Below are positions 9,681-22,374 of a stretch of DNA of 64,000 nucleotides, one piece after another. Each line of letters starts with the position of its first letter. Position 1 is the first letter of the stretch. This DNA comes from Dehalococcoidia bacterium (lineage in GTDB: Bacteria > Chloroflexota > Dehalococcoidia > Bin125). The notes beneath the pieces were generated by a model. That model was not told where the DNA came from. It did not search any database and worked only from the letters and a program-made list of their open reading frames with translations. The DNA lies in NCBI GenBank assembly GCA_965203995.1, contig OZ241962.1:1092782-1156781 (forward strand). The letters run 5' to 3'. Made by a program: the position numbers and the translations under genes.

Positions 9681-9740
9681 CTGGTCAGCCTACCAGTGAT
9701 ACCCGGCCCCGCACGCGGGGCCCGTACCAGGTCAGTTGGT
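9681..9740. promoter_or_regulatory. Extended imperfect palindrome in the divergent MTase/apt intergenic region (candidate operator)
   Basis: Core perfect inverted repeat GGCCCCGC-AC-GCGGGGCC at 9705-9722, flanked by TACCAGTGATACC / GGTACCAGGTCAG arms. Confidence 0.35.
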
Positions 9741-9751
9741 ACGCTGACGAC

Positions 9752-10282
9752 ATGACCGATACGCCGACCCTCAGCGACCTCGTCGCGCAGTACATCCGCG
9801 CGATTCCCGACTTCCCCGAGCCGGGCATCCTCTTCCGCGACATCACCCCGTTGCTGGCCGAACCGACCGCATTCGCCCGCGCCCTGGACTGGCTGGCCGA
9901 GTCCTGCGAGGGCGCGGACGCCGTGGTCGGGATCGAGTCTCGAGGCTTCATCCTCGGCGCGCCGGTAGCCCAGCGGCTCAACCTGCCCTTCATCCCGATC
10001 CGCAAGGCGGGCAAGCTGCCTGCCGAGAAAATCGCCCGTTCCTACGATCTCGAGTACGGCTCGGCCACGATCGAGATGCACGCCGATGCGTTGTCGCTCG
10101 GTCACCGCGTCGCAGTGGTCGACGACTTGCTCGCCACCGGCGGGACCGCCGAGGCGGCCGTTCAGCTCATCCTCCAGTCCGGCGCCGCGGTCGAGCAGGT
10201 CGCCTTCCTGATCGAACTGGAGGCGCTCAACGGCCGCGACCGGCTGCGGCCACACACCGTCGATTCGATGCTGATCTACTAA
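9752..10282 (+). CDS. apt: Adenine phosphoribosyltransferase
   Basis: EPGILFRDITPLL and VVDDLLATGGTAEAA PRPP-binding motif. 176 aa. Confidence 0.95.
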   Translation: MTDTPTLSDLVAQYIRAIPDFPEPGILFRDITPLLAEPTAFARALDWLAESCEGADAVVGIESRGFILGAPVAQRLNLPFIPIRKAGKLPAEKIARSYDLEYGSATIEMHADALSLGHRVAVVDDLLATGGTAEAAVQLILQSGAAVEQVAFLIELEALNGRDRLRPHTVDSMLIY

Positions 10283-10304
10283 CCCGACCAGCGAAGCGTC
10301 AGAG

Positions 10305-11192
10305 GTGCCGCGCATGACCAGCGATCCACCGACCGTCCAGCTCGCCGTGATCGGCGGCTCCGGCTTCTACCAGATGCCGGGACTCAGCGATGTCCGCCGC
10401 TGGAGCACAGACACACCGTTCGGACCGCCCTCGGACGAGCTCGTGATCGGCGATCTGCACGGCAGGTCCGTCGCCTTTCTGCCTCGGCACGGCGTCGGAC
10501 ACCGGCTGATGCCGCACGAGATTCCCGTGCGAGCCAACATTTGGGCGCTCAAGTCGCTCGGCGTGCAGGGCATCCTGGCCGTCTCCGCCGTCGGCTCATT
10601 GAAGCAGGACATCGTCCCGGGACACATGGTCGTGCCCGATCAGATCATCGACCGTACCCGCGGCCTCCGGCCGACCACCTTCTTCGGCGACGGCCTCGTC
10701 GTCCATGTCGGGTTCGCCGATCCGTTCTGCGCCGACCTCAGCGCCCGGCTGATCGAGAGCGCCGGACGCGTCGGCCAGACGGTCCACTCCGGCGGCGCAT
10801 ACATCGCGATGGAGGGCCCGCTGTTCAGCACCCGCGCCGAGTCGCACCTCTATCGCTCCTGGGGCGCATCGATCATCGGCATGACCGCCGTGCCCGAAGC
10901 CAAGCTCGCCCGCGAGGCCGAGATCGCCTACGCAATGCTCGCCACAGCCACCGACTACGACGTCTGGCACGAGTCGGAAGCCGACGTCACCGCCGCCGCC
11001 GTCGCGCAGATCGTCGCCCAGAACGTGCAATCCGCGCAGCGCATCATCGCCGACCTCGCCCGGCATCTGCCTGAGGGCTGGACCTCGACGGCCGAGGGCG
11101 CGCTCGAGGGCGCGATCATGACCGACCCTCGACGCATTCCCGACGCCGCCCGAGCACGGTACGAGCTGCTGATCGCAGGCCGGCTGCCGTGA
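10305..11192 (+). CDS. mtnP: S-methyl-5'-thioadenosine phosphorylase (MTAP/PNP family)
   Basis: AVIGGSGFY ... GMTAVPEAKLAREAEIAYA is typical of MTAP. 295 aa. Confidence 0.85.
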   Translation: MPRMTSDPPTVQLAVIGGSGFYQMPGLSDVRRWSTDTPFGPPSDELVIGDLHGRSVAFLPRHGVGHRLMPHEIPVRANIWALKSLGVQGILAVSAVGSLKQDIVPGHMVVPDQIIDRTRGLRPTTFFGDGLVVHVGFADPFCADLSARLIESAGRVGQTVHSGGAYIAMEGPLFSTRAESHLYRSWGASIIGMTAVPEAKLAREAEIAYAMLATATDYDVWHESEADVTAAAVAQIVAQNVQSAQRIIADLARHLPEGWTSTAEGALEGAIMTDPRRIPDAARARYELLIAGRLP

Positions 11193-12136
11193 ACGCGGCC
11201 GAGATCGACCTGGCCGTCGTCGGCGCGATCGCCCTCGACGAAATCCACAGCCAGGCCGGCGACATCGACCAGATGCTCGGGGGCTCGGCGATCTACTCCT
11301 GCCTGGCCGCCTCGCTGCTGGCAACCAGCGCGCCCGTCTCGGTGATCGGCAGCGACCTCGACCGCGGACTGCTGCAGCCGCTGCACGACCGCGGCGTGCG
11401 CATGGACAGCGTGATCGAGGCCGACGGCCCCAACTTCCGCTGGGGCTGCCGCTATTCGTCCACGGGCGACGTCCGCGAGACGCTGTACACCCGCGCCGGC
11501 GTCTACGACACCGTGCCGGTCGTCGTCGCGCCGGCGCTGCAATGCGCTCGCCTGCTGCTGTTGACCGCCGGCAATCCCGACCAGAACCGCCGCGCGCTTG
11601 AGCAGATGAGCGAGCCCGACCTGGTCGCGATCGACACGATCGAGCGCGAAGTGGCCGAGCGCCGCGACGAGTTCCGCGATCAGTTGCGCCGCGCGGATCT
11701 GGTCTCGATCAACACCCTCGAAGCCGCCCACCTGATCCAGTGGCCCGGCAGCGACGACGATCCGGCGCTCCCCGAGGCCGCCTGGAACGAGATCCGCCGC
11801 ATGGGACCGCGCATCTTCGTGCTCAAGAAGGCTTCCCAGGGAGTCGAGGTGTTCCAGGATGACCGACGCACCCTCGTCGGAGCGGTACCCGATATCGACG
11901 CCGTCGACCCGACCGGTGCGGGCGATTCGTTCGCCGGCGCGCTGCTCAGTTGCCTGGCTCGCGGCCAGGACCTGATCGAAGCCACGGTCTGGGGCTGTGC
12001 GGTCGCCTCCTTCGCGATCGAGCGCTTCGGCACCGAAGGCTTGCTCCGGGCCGCGCCGGACGCGGTCCGCTCGCGCGCTGCGAGGATCACCGTCCAGGAG
12101 CAGGTCGAACACACGCCAAACAGAGGCAGCGGTTAA
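11189..12136 (+). CDS. PfkB-family carbohydrate/nucleoside kinase (possibly adenosine kinase)
   Basis: DPTGAGDSFAGALL ribokinase-family ATP motif. GTG start overlaps the mtnP stop (GTGA). Confidence 0.7.
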   Translation: MNAAEIDLAVVGAIALDEIHSQAGDIDQMLGGSAIYSCLAASLLATSAPVSVIGSDLDRGLLQPLHDRGVRMDSVIEADGPNFRWGCRYSSTGDVRETLYTRAGVYDTVPVVVAPALQCARLLLLTAGNPDQNRRALEQMSEPDLVAIDTIEREVAERRDEFRDQLRRADLVSINTLEAAHLIQWPGSDDDPALPEAAWNEIRRMGPRIFVLKKASQGVEVFQDDRRTLVGAVPDIDAVDPTGAGDSFAGALLSCLARGQDLIEATVWGCAVASFAIERFGTEGLLRAAPDAVRSRAARITVQEQVEHTPNRGSG

Positions 12137-12145
12137 CGTTCCCAC

Positions 12146-15515
<3,370 letters not shown>

Positions 15516-15562
15516 CCCGACCGCCGACGCCGTCGTATCTGAAGCAGCGCTCCGGCCGCCGC

Positions 15563-15964
15563 CTAGCGCTTTGTGTACTGCGGCGCCTTGCGAGCCCGCT
15601 TGAGACCGGGCTTCTTGCGCTCCTTGGCCCGCGGATCTCGGGTCAGCATGCCTGCCTGTCGCAGCGGCCGGCGCAGCGTCTCATCGCTGGCCAGCAGCGC
15701 CCGAGCGATGCCCAGTCGAATCGCGCCGGCCCAGCCGTTCATCCCGCCGCCGCTGCAACGCACCATGGCCGAGAAGCTGTTCTGCATGCCCGTATGGCGC
15801 AACGGCTCCTCAATCAAACGGCGCTGCTCCGGGCGGCGGAAGAGTTCATCGGCCGGCTTCCCGTTGACCGTGATCTGTCCGTTGCCCGGGTAGAGCCGGA
15901 CCCGTGCGATCGCCGTCTTGCGCCGTCCCAGTCCGTAGTAGTAGTTGCCCGCTGCGGTGGTCAT
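15563..15964 (-). CDS. rpsI: 30S ribosomal protein S9
   Basis: GRRKTAIARVRLYPGNG ... KAPQYTKR. Confidence 0.95.
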   Translation of the reverse strand: MTTAAGNYYYGLGRRKTAIARVRLYPGNGQITVNGKPADELFRRPEQRRLIEEPLRHTGMQNSFSAMVRCSGGGMNGWAGAIRLGIARALLASDETLRRPLRQAGMLTRDPRAKERKKPGLKRARKAPQYTKR

Positions 15965-15967
15965 CGG

Positions 15968-16396
15968 TTACTCCGCTCCCTGTTCGGCCATCTGGCCGGC
16001 GTGCGGGTGATCGGGGCCCGCGTAGACCCGCAGGTGCCGGTACTGCGTGCGGCCCAGCGAATTCTTGGGCAGCATGCCGCGCACGGCGTGCTCGATCACG
16101 CGCTCCGGACGCTTGGCCAGCATCTCCTTCAGCGAAGTCTCTTTCAAGCCGCCCAGGTAACCCGAGTGCCGGTAGTAGATCTTCTGCTCAAGCTTCTTGC
16201 CGGTTACCGCGACCTTGCCCGCGTTGACGACGACCACGTAGTCGCCGACATCCTGGGAAGGATGAAACACCGGCTTGTGTTTGCCGCGCAGTAGCGTGGC
16301 CACCTGCGTCGCGACGCGTCCCAGCGGCCGATCGGCCGCGTCGATCACGTGCCATTGCCGTGGGACCTGATGTCGTCCCAGTACGGTCGTCGTCAT
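15968..16396 (-). CDS. rplM: 50S ribosomal protein L13
   Basis: [28 protein letters not shown]. Confidence 0.95.
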   Translation of the reverse strand: MTTTVLGRHQVPRQWHVIDAADRPLGRVATQVATLLRGKHKPVFHPSQDVGDYVVVVNAGKVAVTGKKLEQKIYYRHSGYLGGLKETSLKEMLAKRPERVIEHAVRGMLPKNSLGRTQYRHLRVYAGPDHPHAGQMAEQGAE

Positions 16397-16399
16397 CCG

Positions 16400-17224
16400 T
16401 CACGCTCCCTCACGTTGCCCTGCACAGGGTGATTCGTTGATGTCCGGATCGGCCGGCTCGTTTCGCCCGAACAGCGGCCGCTCGTACCTCACTTCTGACA
16501 GCACCAGACCGCAGGCGGGCGCCGTCGGTCCCATCGATCCGGGTTCTGCCCGAGCGAACTCGCGGCAAAACTGTTCGACCGATTCCCGACCGCGGGCCAC
16601 CTCGCTGATCGCTCCCGCCATGCGCCGCACCTGGTGTTGTAGAAACGAGTCCGCGCGAAAGCGTATCGCGACCGAATCGCCCTGCATGTCCAGCGACGCG
16701 TCGAGCATGTGCCGCAGCGTCGACTGCTCGGTTGTGGGCGGCGTGAACGCTGCGAAGTCGTGCTCGCCCTGCAGGGTTTGCAACGTCTCGCGTGCGGCCT
16801 CCCCGCTGAAGGGCGGCGGCAAGATCCAGGCGTGCCGCGTCCACAGCGGCTGGCGCTGCCGCGACAGCCGGATCCGATAGGTGTACGTGCGTGATGCGGC
16901 GTCGCGGCGAGGATCGAACCGGTCGTCGACCGGCGCCACCGCTTGCACGGCGATCGCCTGAGGCAGAAAGTGATTCAAGCCGCGAACCCAGCGCGGGCCC
17001 GGCATCGCCAACTCGTCCCATTCCGAGACCCACGAGCCAACCTGCCCGGTCGCGTGCACGCCGGCGTCCGTGCGACCGGCCAGCGACAGCGGCGTCTCGA
17101 CGCCGGTCAGCGATTGCAGCGCGTCTTGCAGCGCACCCTGCACGGTTGGACGATTCGGCTGCCATTGCGACCCTGCGAACTCCGTGCCCTCGTACTGCAG
17201 TAACAGCGCCCAACGCTGACTCAC
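16400..17224 (-). CDS. truA: tRNA pseudouridine(38-40) synthase TruA
   Basis: LLLQYEGTEFAGSQWQ ... RTDAGVHATGQV (catalytic Asp). Confidence 0.9.
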   Translation of the reverse strand: MSQRWALLLQYEGTEFAGSQWQPNRPTVQGALQDALQSLTGVETPLSLAGRTDAGVHATGQVGSWVSEWDELAMPGPRWVRGLNHFLPQAIAVQAVAPVDDRFDPRRDAASRTYTYRIRLSRQRQPLWTRHAWILPPPFSGEAARETLQTLQGEHDFAAFTPPTTEQSTLRHMLDASLDMQGDSVAIRFRADSFLQHQVRRMAGAISEVARGRESVEQFCREFARAEPGSMGPTAPACGLVLSEVRYERPLFGRNEPADPDINESPCAGQREGA

Positions 17225-17239
17225 TGGTCGGTTCCGCGA

Positions 17240-17641
17240 CTACTCTTCCGAGGTCTCCTCGTCGGTCTCGACCGGCTCCGGAGCCGCGCGCTCGACGAGT
17301 TCAATGTGCGCCATCTGCGCGCCGTCGCCGCGCCGAGGTCCCAGCTTGATGATTCTGGTGTAGCCGCCGTTGCGCTCCGCGAACCGGGGCGCAATCTCGT
17401 CGAACAGGGTGCGCAAGACCTTGCGATCGGTGAGCACCGCTCCGGCCTGACGGCGGGAATGCAGGTCGCCGCGCTTGCCCAGCGTGATCATCCGCTCGGC
17501 CACGGGCCGGATCGACTTGGCTTTCGCCTCGGTGGTCACAATCGCCTCGTGCCGCAACAGGTCGGTGACCTGGTTGCGCACCAGCGCGGTGCGATGCGAT
17601 CTGCTGCGACTCAGCGCGCGACCGCTCTTTCGATGCCGCAT
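17240..17641 (-). CDS. rplQ: 50S ribosomal protein L17
   Basis: [23 protein letters not shown]. Confidence 0.95.
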   Translation of the reverse strand: MRHRKSGRALSRSRSHRTALVRNQVTDLLRHEAIVTTEAKAKSIRPVAERMITLGKRGDLHSRRQAGAVLTDRKVLRTLFDEIAPRFAERNGGYTRIIKLGPRRGDGAQMAHIELVERAAPEPVETDEETSEE

Positions 17642-17722
17642 CCGTTCACCCCTTCAATCCCACCCGACCGCGTGCGGAATCAGCCGCGCTGCGTGTCGCT
17701 CGGGCGGACCCTGTCTGTTCAG

Positions 17723-18892
17723 CTACTCGTCGACTCCGCTGCCGGCCTCGCGCAACGCCTCCAGTAGCGCCGCGCCAAGCGAACCGGTGATCTCGGGATC
17801 CTCTTCGCTCTGGCCGACCTTCTCCGGTTCCTCTGTCTCGGCCTCGCTCAACGAGGGCGCCTCGGTGGTCTCCTCCTGCGGCGGAGGCAGCTTGGTCAGC
17901 ACTTCGTCGCTGCTCGGCGCAAAGACGCCGTCACGCGCTCGGCGCACGCGCGGATCGTCGTCCTCAATCAGACTCATCTCGAGCAGCTTGTCGATCAGCT
18001 CGATGTAGGACTTCTCTCCGAAGTTGCGCAACGTCAGCAACTCGTCGTCGCTCTTCTCGAGAATCTGACCGACCAGCATCAACCCGCTGCGCTTCAGGCA
18101 GTTGTGGGCCCGCACCGAGAGTTGCAGTTCCTCGATCGGCATGTCGTACTGTTCGGCAGTCAAACCAACCCGCGCGTGCGCAGGAAGTTGGCGCGTCGTG
18201 ATCGGCTGACCCATCGTCTCGAACAGTTCCAGCTCAGTACGCAGTGAGCGCGCCGCCGCCTGCACCGCATCGACGCCGGATATCGTGCCGTCCGTCCAGA
18301 CCTCAATCAGTAGCTGTTCGTACTCGCTGCCGCGTCCGCCCGAGGCGGGCAGCACCTCGTACGACACCTTGCGCACCGGCGTGAACACCGCGTCCAGCGG
18401 AATCAGGCCGAGCAGGTGCTCGCCGTTCTTGTTCTGTTCAGAGGGTCGGAAGCCGAAGCCGGTCTCAACGTCCATGACGACGTCGAGTCGGCCTTCTTCG
18501 CTGTCCAGCGTGGCCAGGTAGTGGTCGGGATTGACGATCTTGTAGTCGCCGGGCACTTCGATGTCGCCGGCGGTGATCTGGCCGGCGCCGGTCACATTGA
18601 GATGCATCTCGGCCGGGCGGTCGGCGATCGCGTGGATCCGGATCTCGCGCAGGTTGAGCAGGAACTCGGTCGTGTCTTCCTTCATCTGCGGGATCGTCGA
18701 GAACTCGTGCTGAACCTGATCGATCCGTACGGAAGTGATCGCCGCGCCGCGGATACCGCTGAGCAGCACCCGCCGTAGCGCGTTGCCCTCGGTGTGCGCG
18801 AACCCTCGCGTGAGCGGCTCGACTGCGATCCGGACGTAGTCGTCGCGTTCTTCCTCAATCGAGAGCTTGGGAGTTTCGGTAGCCAGGATCAC
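17723..18892 (-). CDS. rpoA: DNA-directed RNA polymerase alpha subunit (with ~60-aa acidic C-terminal extension)
   Basis: GNALRRVLLSGIRGAAITSVRIDQVQHEFSTIPQ (NTD); alpha-CTD HNCLKRSG...; 389 aa. Confidence 0.9.
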   Translation of the reverse strand: MILATETPKLSIEEERDDYVRIAVEPLTRGFAHTEGNALRRVLLSGIRGAAITSVRIDQVQHEFSTIPQMKEDTTEFLLNLREIRIHAIADRPAEMHLNVTGAGQITAGDIEVPGDYKIVNPDHYLATLDSEEGRLDVVMDVETGFGFRPSEQNKNGEHLLGLIPLDAVFTPVRKVSYEVLPASGGRGSEYEQLLIEVWTDGTISGVDAVQAAARSLRTELELFETMGQPITTRQLPAHARVGLTAEQYDMPIEELQLSVRAHNCLKRSGLMLVGQILEKSDDELLTLRNFGEKSYIELIDKLLEMSLIEDDDPRVRRARDGVFAPSSDEVLTKLPPPQEETTEAPSLSEAETEEPEKVGQSEEDPEITGSLGAALLEALREAGSGVDE

Positions 18893-18937
18893 GTTGGTGC
18901 GTCCCTCCCTGGGACTGGGTGGTGCTGCGCGCAGGGA

Positions 18938-19564
18938 TTAGCGCGAGTAGTACTCGACGATCGCGTTCTCGTCGACTCGCATGTCCAGGTCTTCTCGGGC
19001 AGGTACGGCCGTCAGCTCGCCTTCCAATTGGATCGGGTCGATGCGCAGCCAGCCGGGCACCTCGCGAGACCCCTGCCAGGTGCGCGCCATCTCGTAAAAC
19101 TTGCTCTTGCGGCCGCGATCGGTCCAGCCGATCTTGTCGCCGATGCGGGTTTCGATGGATGGAATGTCGGCCTTCTTGCCGTTGAGCGTGATGTGTCCGT
19201 GGCGCACGAGCTGACGCGCCTGCGCGCGCGACTCGGCAATGCCCAGGCGGTAGACCACGTTGTCGAAACGCAGCTCCAGCATCTGCAGCAGGTTCTCGCC
19301 CGTCGCGCCGGGCCGGCGGTTGGCCTCGCTGAACATTCGTCGGAACTGACGCTCCAGCACGCCATAGGTCTTGCGGACCTTCTGCTTCTCCTTGACCTGC
19401 TCGCCGTAGTCGGAAATCTTGCGCCGGCGCGGCGATCGCTGTCCGGGCGGTTGGTTGCGGCGCTCGATCGCGCACTTGGGGCCAACGCAGCGTTCGCCCT
19501 TCAACATCAGCTTTTCCCCCGCCCGACGACAGATGCGGCAGACGGGTCCGGTATATCGAGCCAT
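18938..19564 (-). CDS. rpsD: 30S ribosomal protein S4 (Cys4 zinc-type)
   Basis: MARYTGPVCRICRRAGEKLMLKGERCVGPKC. Confidence 0.95.
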   Translation of the reverse strand: MARYTGPVCRICRRAGEKLMLKGERCVGPKCAIERRNQPPGQRSPRRRKISDYGEQVKEKQKVRKTYGVLERQFRRMFSEANRRPGATGENLLQMLELRFDNVVYRLGIAESRAQARQLVRHGHITLNGKKADIPSIETRIGDKIGWTDRGRKSKFYEMARTWQGSREVPGWLRIDPIQLEGELTAVPAREDLDMRVDENAIVEYYSR

Positions 19565-19623
19565 GAGCGTGTCTCTCTCTGGTTCGGTTCGCGTAGAGCC
19601 TGCGGCCCTGTTCCTGATCGCTG

Positions 19624-20022
19624 CTAGACCCTGCGGCGCTTGCGCGGCCGGCAGCCGTTGTGGGGAATGGGCGTCACATCACGGATCGAGAGCAGCGTCA
19701 GACCCTGCGCCTGCAACGCCCGCACGGCCGACTCGCGACCCTGTCCCGGTCCCTTGACGTACACGTCGACCTGGCGCATGCCGTGGCTCATCGCCTTCTG
19801 CGCAGCGTCTTCGGCCGCGAGTTGCGCGGCAAACGGCGTGCCCTTGCGCGAACCGCGCGTCGCCGAGGTGCTCCCCGCCGACGCCCAGGCAACCGGGTTG
19901 CCTGCCAGATCGGTCATCGTGATGATCGTGTTGTTGTAGGTCGACTGGATGTACGCGCGGCCGTGGGGCACGTTCTTGCGTTCACGCCGCCGACGCGCCC
20001 GTTCTCGTCGTTGAGTGCTCAT
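19624..20022 (-). CDS. rpsK: 30S ribosomal protein S11
   Basis: [25 protein letters not shown] extends to 20049. Start at MSTQRRE is likely. Confidence 0.9.
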   Translation of the reverse strand: MSTQRRERARRRRERKNVPHGRAYIQSTYNNTIITMTDLAGNPVAWASAGSTSATRGSRKGTPFAAQLAAEDAAQKAMSHGMRQVDVYVKGPGQGRESAVRALQAQGLTLLSIRDVTPIPHNGCRPRKRRRV

Positions 20023-20079
20023 CCCGTTCCCTTCTCGTCGGCGCCGCACCGCGTTCGGCGGGCGCCGCAGCGTAGGTCG

Positions 20080-20460
20080 TTAGCGCTTGACCGCGCGGCG
20101 ACGGCCGGCGACCGTCTTCTTCGCGCCGCGGCGGGTCCGCGCGTTGGTTCGCGTTCGCTGCCCGTGCATGGGCAGGTTGCGCCGGTGGCGCTGGCCGCGA
20201 TAGCAGTTGATGTCGATCAGCCGCTGGACATTGCCGCGCACGACGCGCCGCAAATCGCCCTCGACCAGGTAGTCGCGATCGACCACTTCGCGGATCCGAG
20301 CGAGATCGGCGTCCGACAGTTCGCGGATTCGAGACTCGGGGTCAATGTTCGCCTTGTCGACGATCTCTTTCGCCCGGGTGGCACCGATGCCGTAGATGTA
20401 GCGCAGCGCGTAGGGCGCCTTCTTGTTGTCGGGGACGTCCACGCCCGAGATTCTCGCCAT
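20080..20460 (-). CDS. rpsM: 30S ribosomal protein S13
   Basis: MARISGVDVPDNKKAPYALRYIYGIG. Confidence 0.95.
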   Translation of the reverse strand: MARISGVDVPDNKKAPYALRYIYGIGATRAKEIVDKANIDPESRIRELSDADLARIREVVDRDYLVEGDLRRVVRGNVQRLIDINCYRGQRHRRNLPMHGQRTRTNARTRRGAKKTVAGRRRAVKR

Positions 20461-20530
20461 CCGACCTGTCCTCTCGCCTCAGATCCCGCCGTCCCGCTCT
20501 CACATCGCGCGGGGCGCGGTCCGTTATTCG

Positions 20531-20815
20531 TCAGCTCTTGAACCGATACACGACCCGGCCTCGGGTCAGGTCGTACTCCGACAACTCAACCAGCACGCGG
20601 TCACCGCGCAGGACGCGGATGTGGTGCTGTCTCATCTTGCCTGCCAGGTGCGCCAGCACTTCGTGACCATTGGGAAGCTCGACTCGGAATGTTGCGTTGG
20701 GCAACAGTTCCTTGACGACGCCTTCGACTTCGATCTTGTCCTGCTTGGGCGGAGGCGAAGGCGACGCCGCGCGCCGATCTCGCCGTCCCGACCTCGTGTT
20801 CCGATTTCTCGCCAC
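20531..20815 (-). CDS. infA: Translation initiation factor IF-1 (with ~22-aa basic N-terminal extension)
   Basis: [36 protein letters not shown]. No in-frame start codon lies between 20815 and the conserved core. Confidence 0.85.
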   Translation of the reverse strand: MARNRNTRSGRRDRRAASPSPPPKQDKIEVEGVVKELLPNATFRVELPNGHEVLAHLAGKMRQHHIRVLRGDRVLVELSEYDLTRGRVVYRFKS

Positions 20816-20884
20816 CGAACCCCCGTTGCTTGTTCGTGCTTTGCCAGTCCGTCGTCGTGCTGACCGGACTGCTGATCGTTCTGG

Positions 20885-21658
20885 TCAGGCCCGAGTCAAA
20901 ATCTCCGCCGGACCGTCTTCGCGCAGTGCGACCGTGTGCTCAAAGTGAGCTGACAGACTGCCGTCCGCGGTGACGACGGTCCAGCCGTCGTCCAGCACGG
21001 CGGTCGCCGGATCACCGACGGTCGCCATCGGCTCAAGGGCAACGACCATCCCACGGCGCATGGTCATTCCGGAGCCTTGCCGACCATAGTTGGGCATGCT
21101 CGGCGGCTCGTGCATGTCACGCCCGACGCCATGCCCTACATATCCTCGGACTACTCCGTAACCCGCTGATTCTATCACTTCCTGAATCGCTGCTCCGATA
21201 TCACCTTTACGTACACCGACACGAGCCGCGGATATGCCCGCCGCCAGGGATTCCGAGGTCACATCCAGCAACCGCCGCGCCTCGGCCGAGATCGTCCCCA
21301 CGCCCTCCGTCCGCGCCGAATCGCCGACCCAACCGTCGATCGTCGCGCCCAGGTCAATCGTGAGGATGTCTCCTTCCTCCAGCACCCGCTCTGTCGCGAA
21401 GCCGTGCACGATCTCATCGTTCACGGACGCGCAGATTGTGTGCGGGAATCCCTGGTAACCCAGGAATGTGGGAATCACGTCCAGCCGTCCGAACTTGTCC
21501 AGCACATACCGGTCCAGCTCCGACAGCTTGCGGCCCGGCTTGACCATCTCAAACAGCTCGTTCAGTGTCTCGCCGACCATCTGCCCGGCCGGACGCATTT
21601 GCGCGATCTCGTCCTCGGTCTTGAGGATCACTTGCCGTGGTCGCTGCCCGTTCGCCAT
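20885..21658 (-). CDS. map: Type I methionine aminopeptidase
   Basis: LKTEDEIAQMRPAG ... metal-ligand D/D/H/E/E pattern. 257 aa. Confidence 0.9.
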   Translation of the reverse strand: MANGQRPRQVILKTEDEIAQMRPAGQMVGETLNELFEMVKPGRKLSELDRYVLDKFGRLDVIPTFLGYQGFPHTICASVNDEIVHGFATERVLEEGDILTIDLGATIDGWVGDSARTEGVGTISAEARRLLDVTSESLAAGISAARVGVRKGDIGAAIQEVIESAGYGVVRGYVGHGVGRDMHEPPSMPNYGRQGSGMTMRRGMVVALEPMATVGDPATAVLDDGWTVVTADGSLSAHFEHTVALREDGPAEILTRA

Positions 21659-21697
21659 CTCAGTTTCTTCCGATTCCAGTGCTCGCGTGGCTGTTTG

Positions 21698-22348
21698 CTA
21701 GTTGCCAATCGCCTCCAGCGCCGAGAGCAGATCCTGACCTACGGCCTCAGGCGACTGCTCGCCGTTGACCGTTGAGAGCTTGCCCGCCGCCGTGTAGTAG
21801 GCCACCAGCGGCTCGGTCTGGTCCGTATAGACCTGGAGCCGATTCGCGATCGCCTCCGGTTTGTCGTCGTCTCGCTGAATCATCTTGATCACGCCACAGC
21901 AGGGCTCCGATGGATCGGGCGGATTGAAGACCTCGTGAAACACGCTGCCGCAGGTGGCGCAGCTCACTCGACCGCCGAGGCGCCGCGTGATCTCCTCGTT
22001 CGAGACATCGATCAGCACCGTGACCGCGATCTCCTGGCCCTGGGCGGTCAGGGCCTCGTCCAGCGCGCGGGCCTGCTCAACTGTGCGAGGGAAGCCGTCG
22101 AACAGGCATCCGGCCCGCGCGTCGTCGCGGCCGATCCGCTCCAACAGCATGCCGATCGTGACATCGTCCGGCACGAGTTCGCCGGCGTCCATGTAAGTTT
22201 TGGCCAGGTTGCCCAGTTCGGTGCCGTTGCGCAGGTTCTCGCGGAACATGTCGCCGGTCGAAAGGTGCAGCAGACCAGTCCGTTCGGCGATCTGCACCGC
22301 CTGAGTACCCTTGCCCGCGCCCGGGGGTCCCAGCAGGATGACGTACAT
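21698..22348 (-). CDS. adk: Adenylate kinase (zinc-lid type)
   Basis: ILLGPPGAGKGTQA. Lid CATCGSVFH...PCCG Cys4. ORF extends to 22372. Confidence 0.9.
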   Translation of the reverse strand: MYVILLGPPGAGKGTQAVQIAERTGLLHLSTGDMFRENLRNGTELGNLAKTYMDAGELVPDDVTIGMLLERIGRDDARAGCLFDGFPRTVEQARALDEALTAQGQEIAVTVLIDVSNEEITRRLGGRVSCATCGSVFHEVFNPPDPSEPCCGVIKMIQRDDDKPEAIANRLQVYTDQTEPLVAYYTAAGKLSTVNGEQSPEAVGQDLLSALEAIGN

Positions 22349-22374
22349 GGTCTGGCGCTCGGTGTCTGACATGG

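Noticed and set aside
8840-10315. Full 491-aa extent of the methyltransferase ORF
   Set aside because: The 5' portion overlaps the well-supported apt gene on the other strand. The methyltransferase domain begins near residue 220, and a TTG with a GGAGG SD at 9651 gives a sensible ~270-aa protein.
15516-15562. Bidirectional terminator between convergent metK and rpsI
   Set aside because: Only short, poorly formed inverted repeats and no U-tract. Not convincing.
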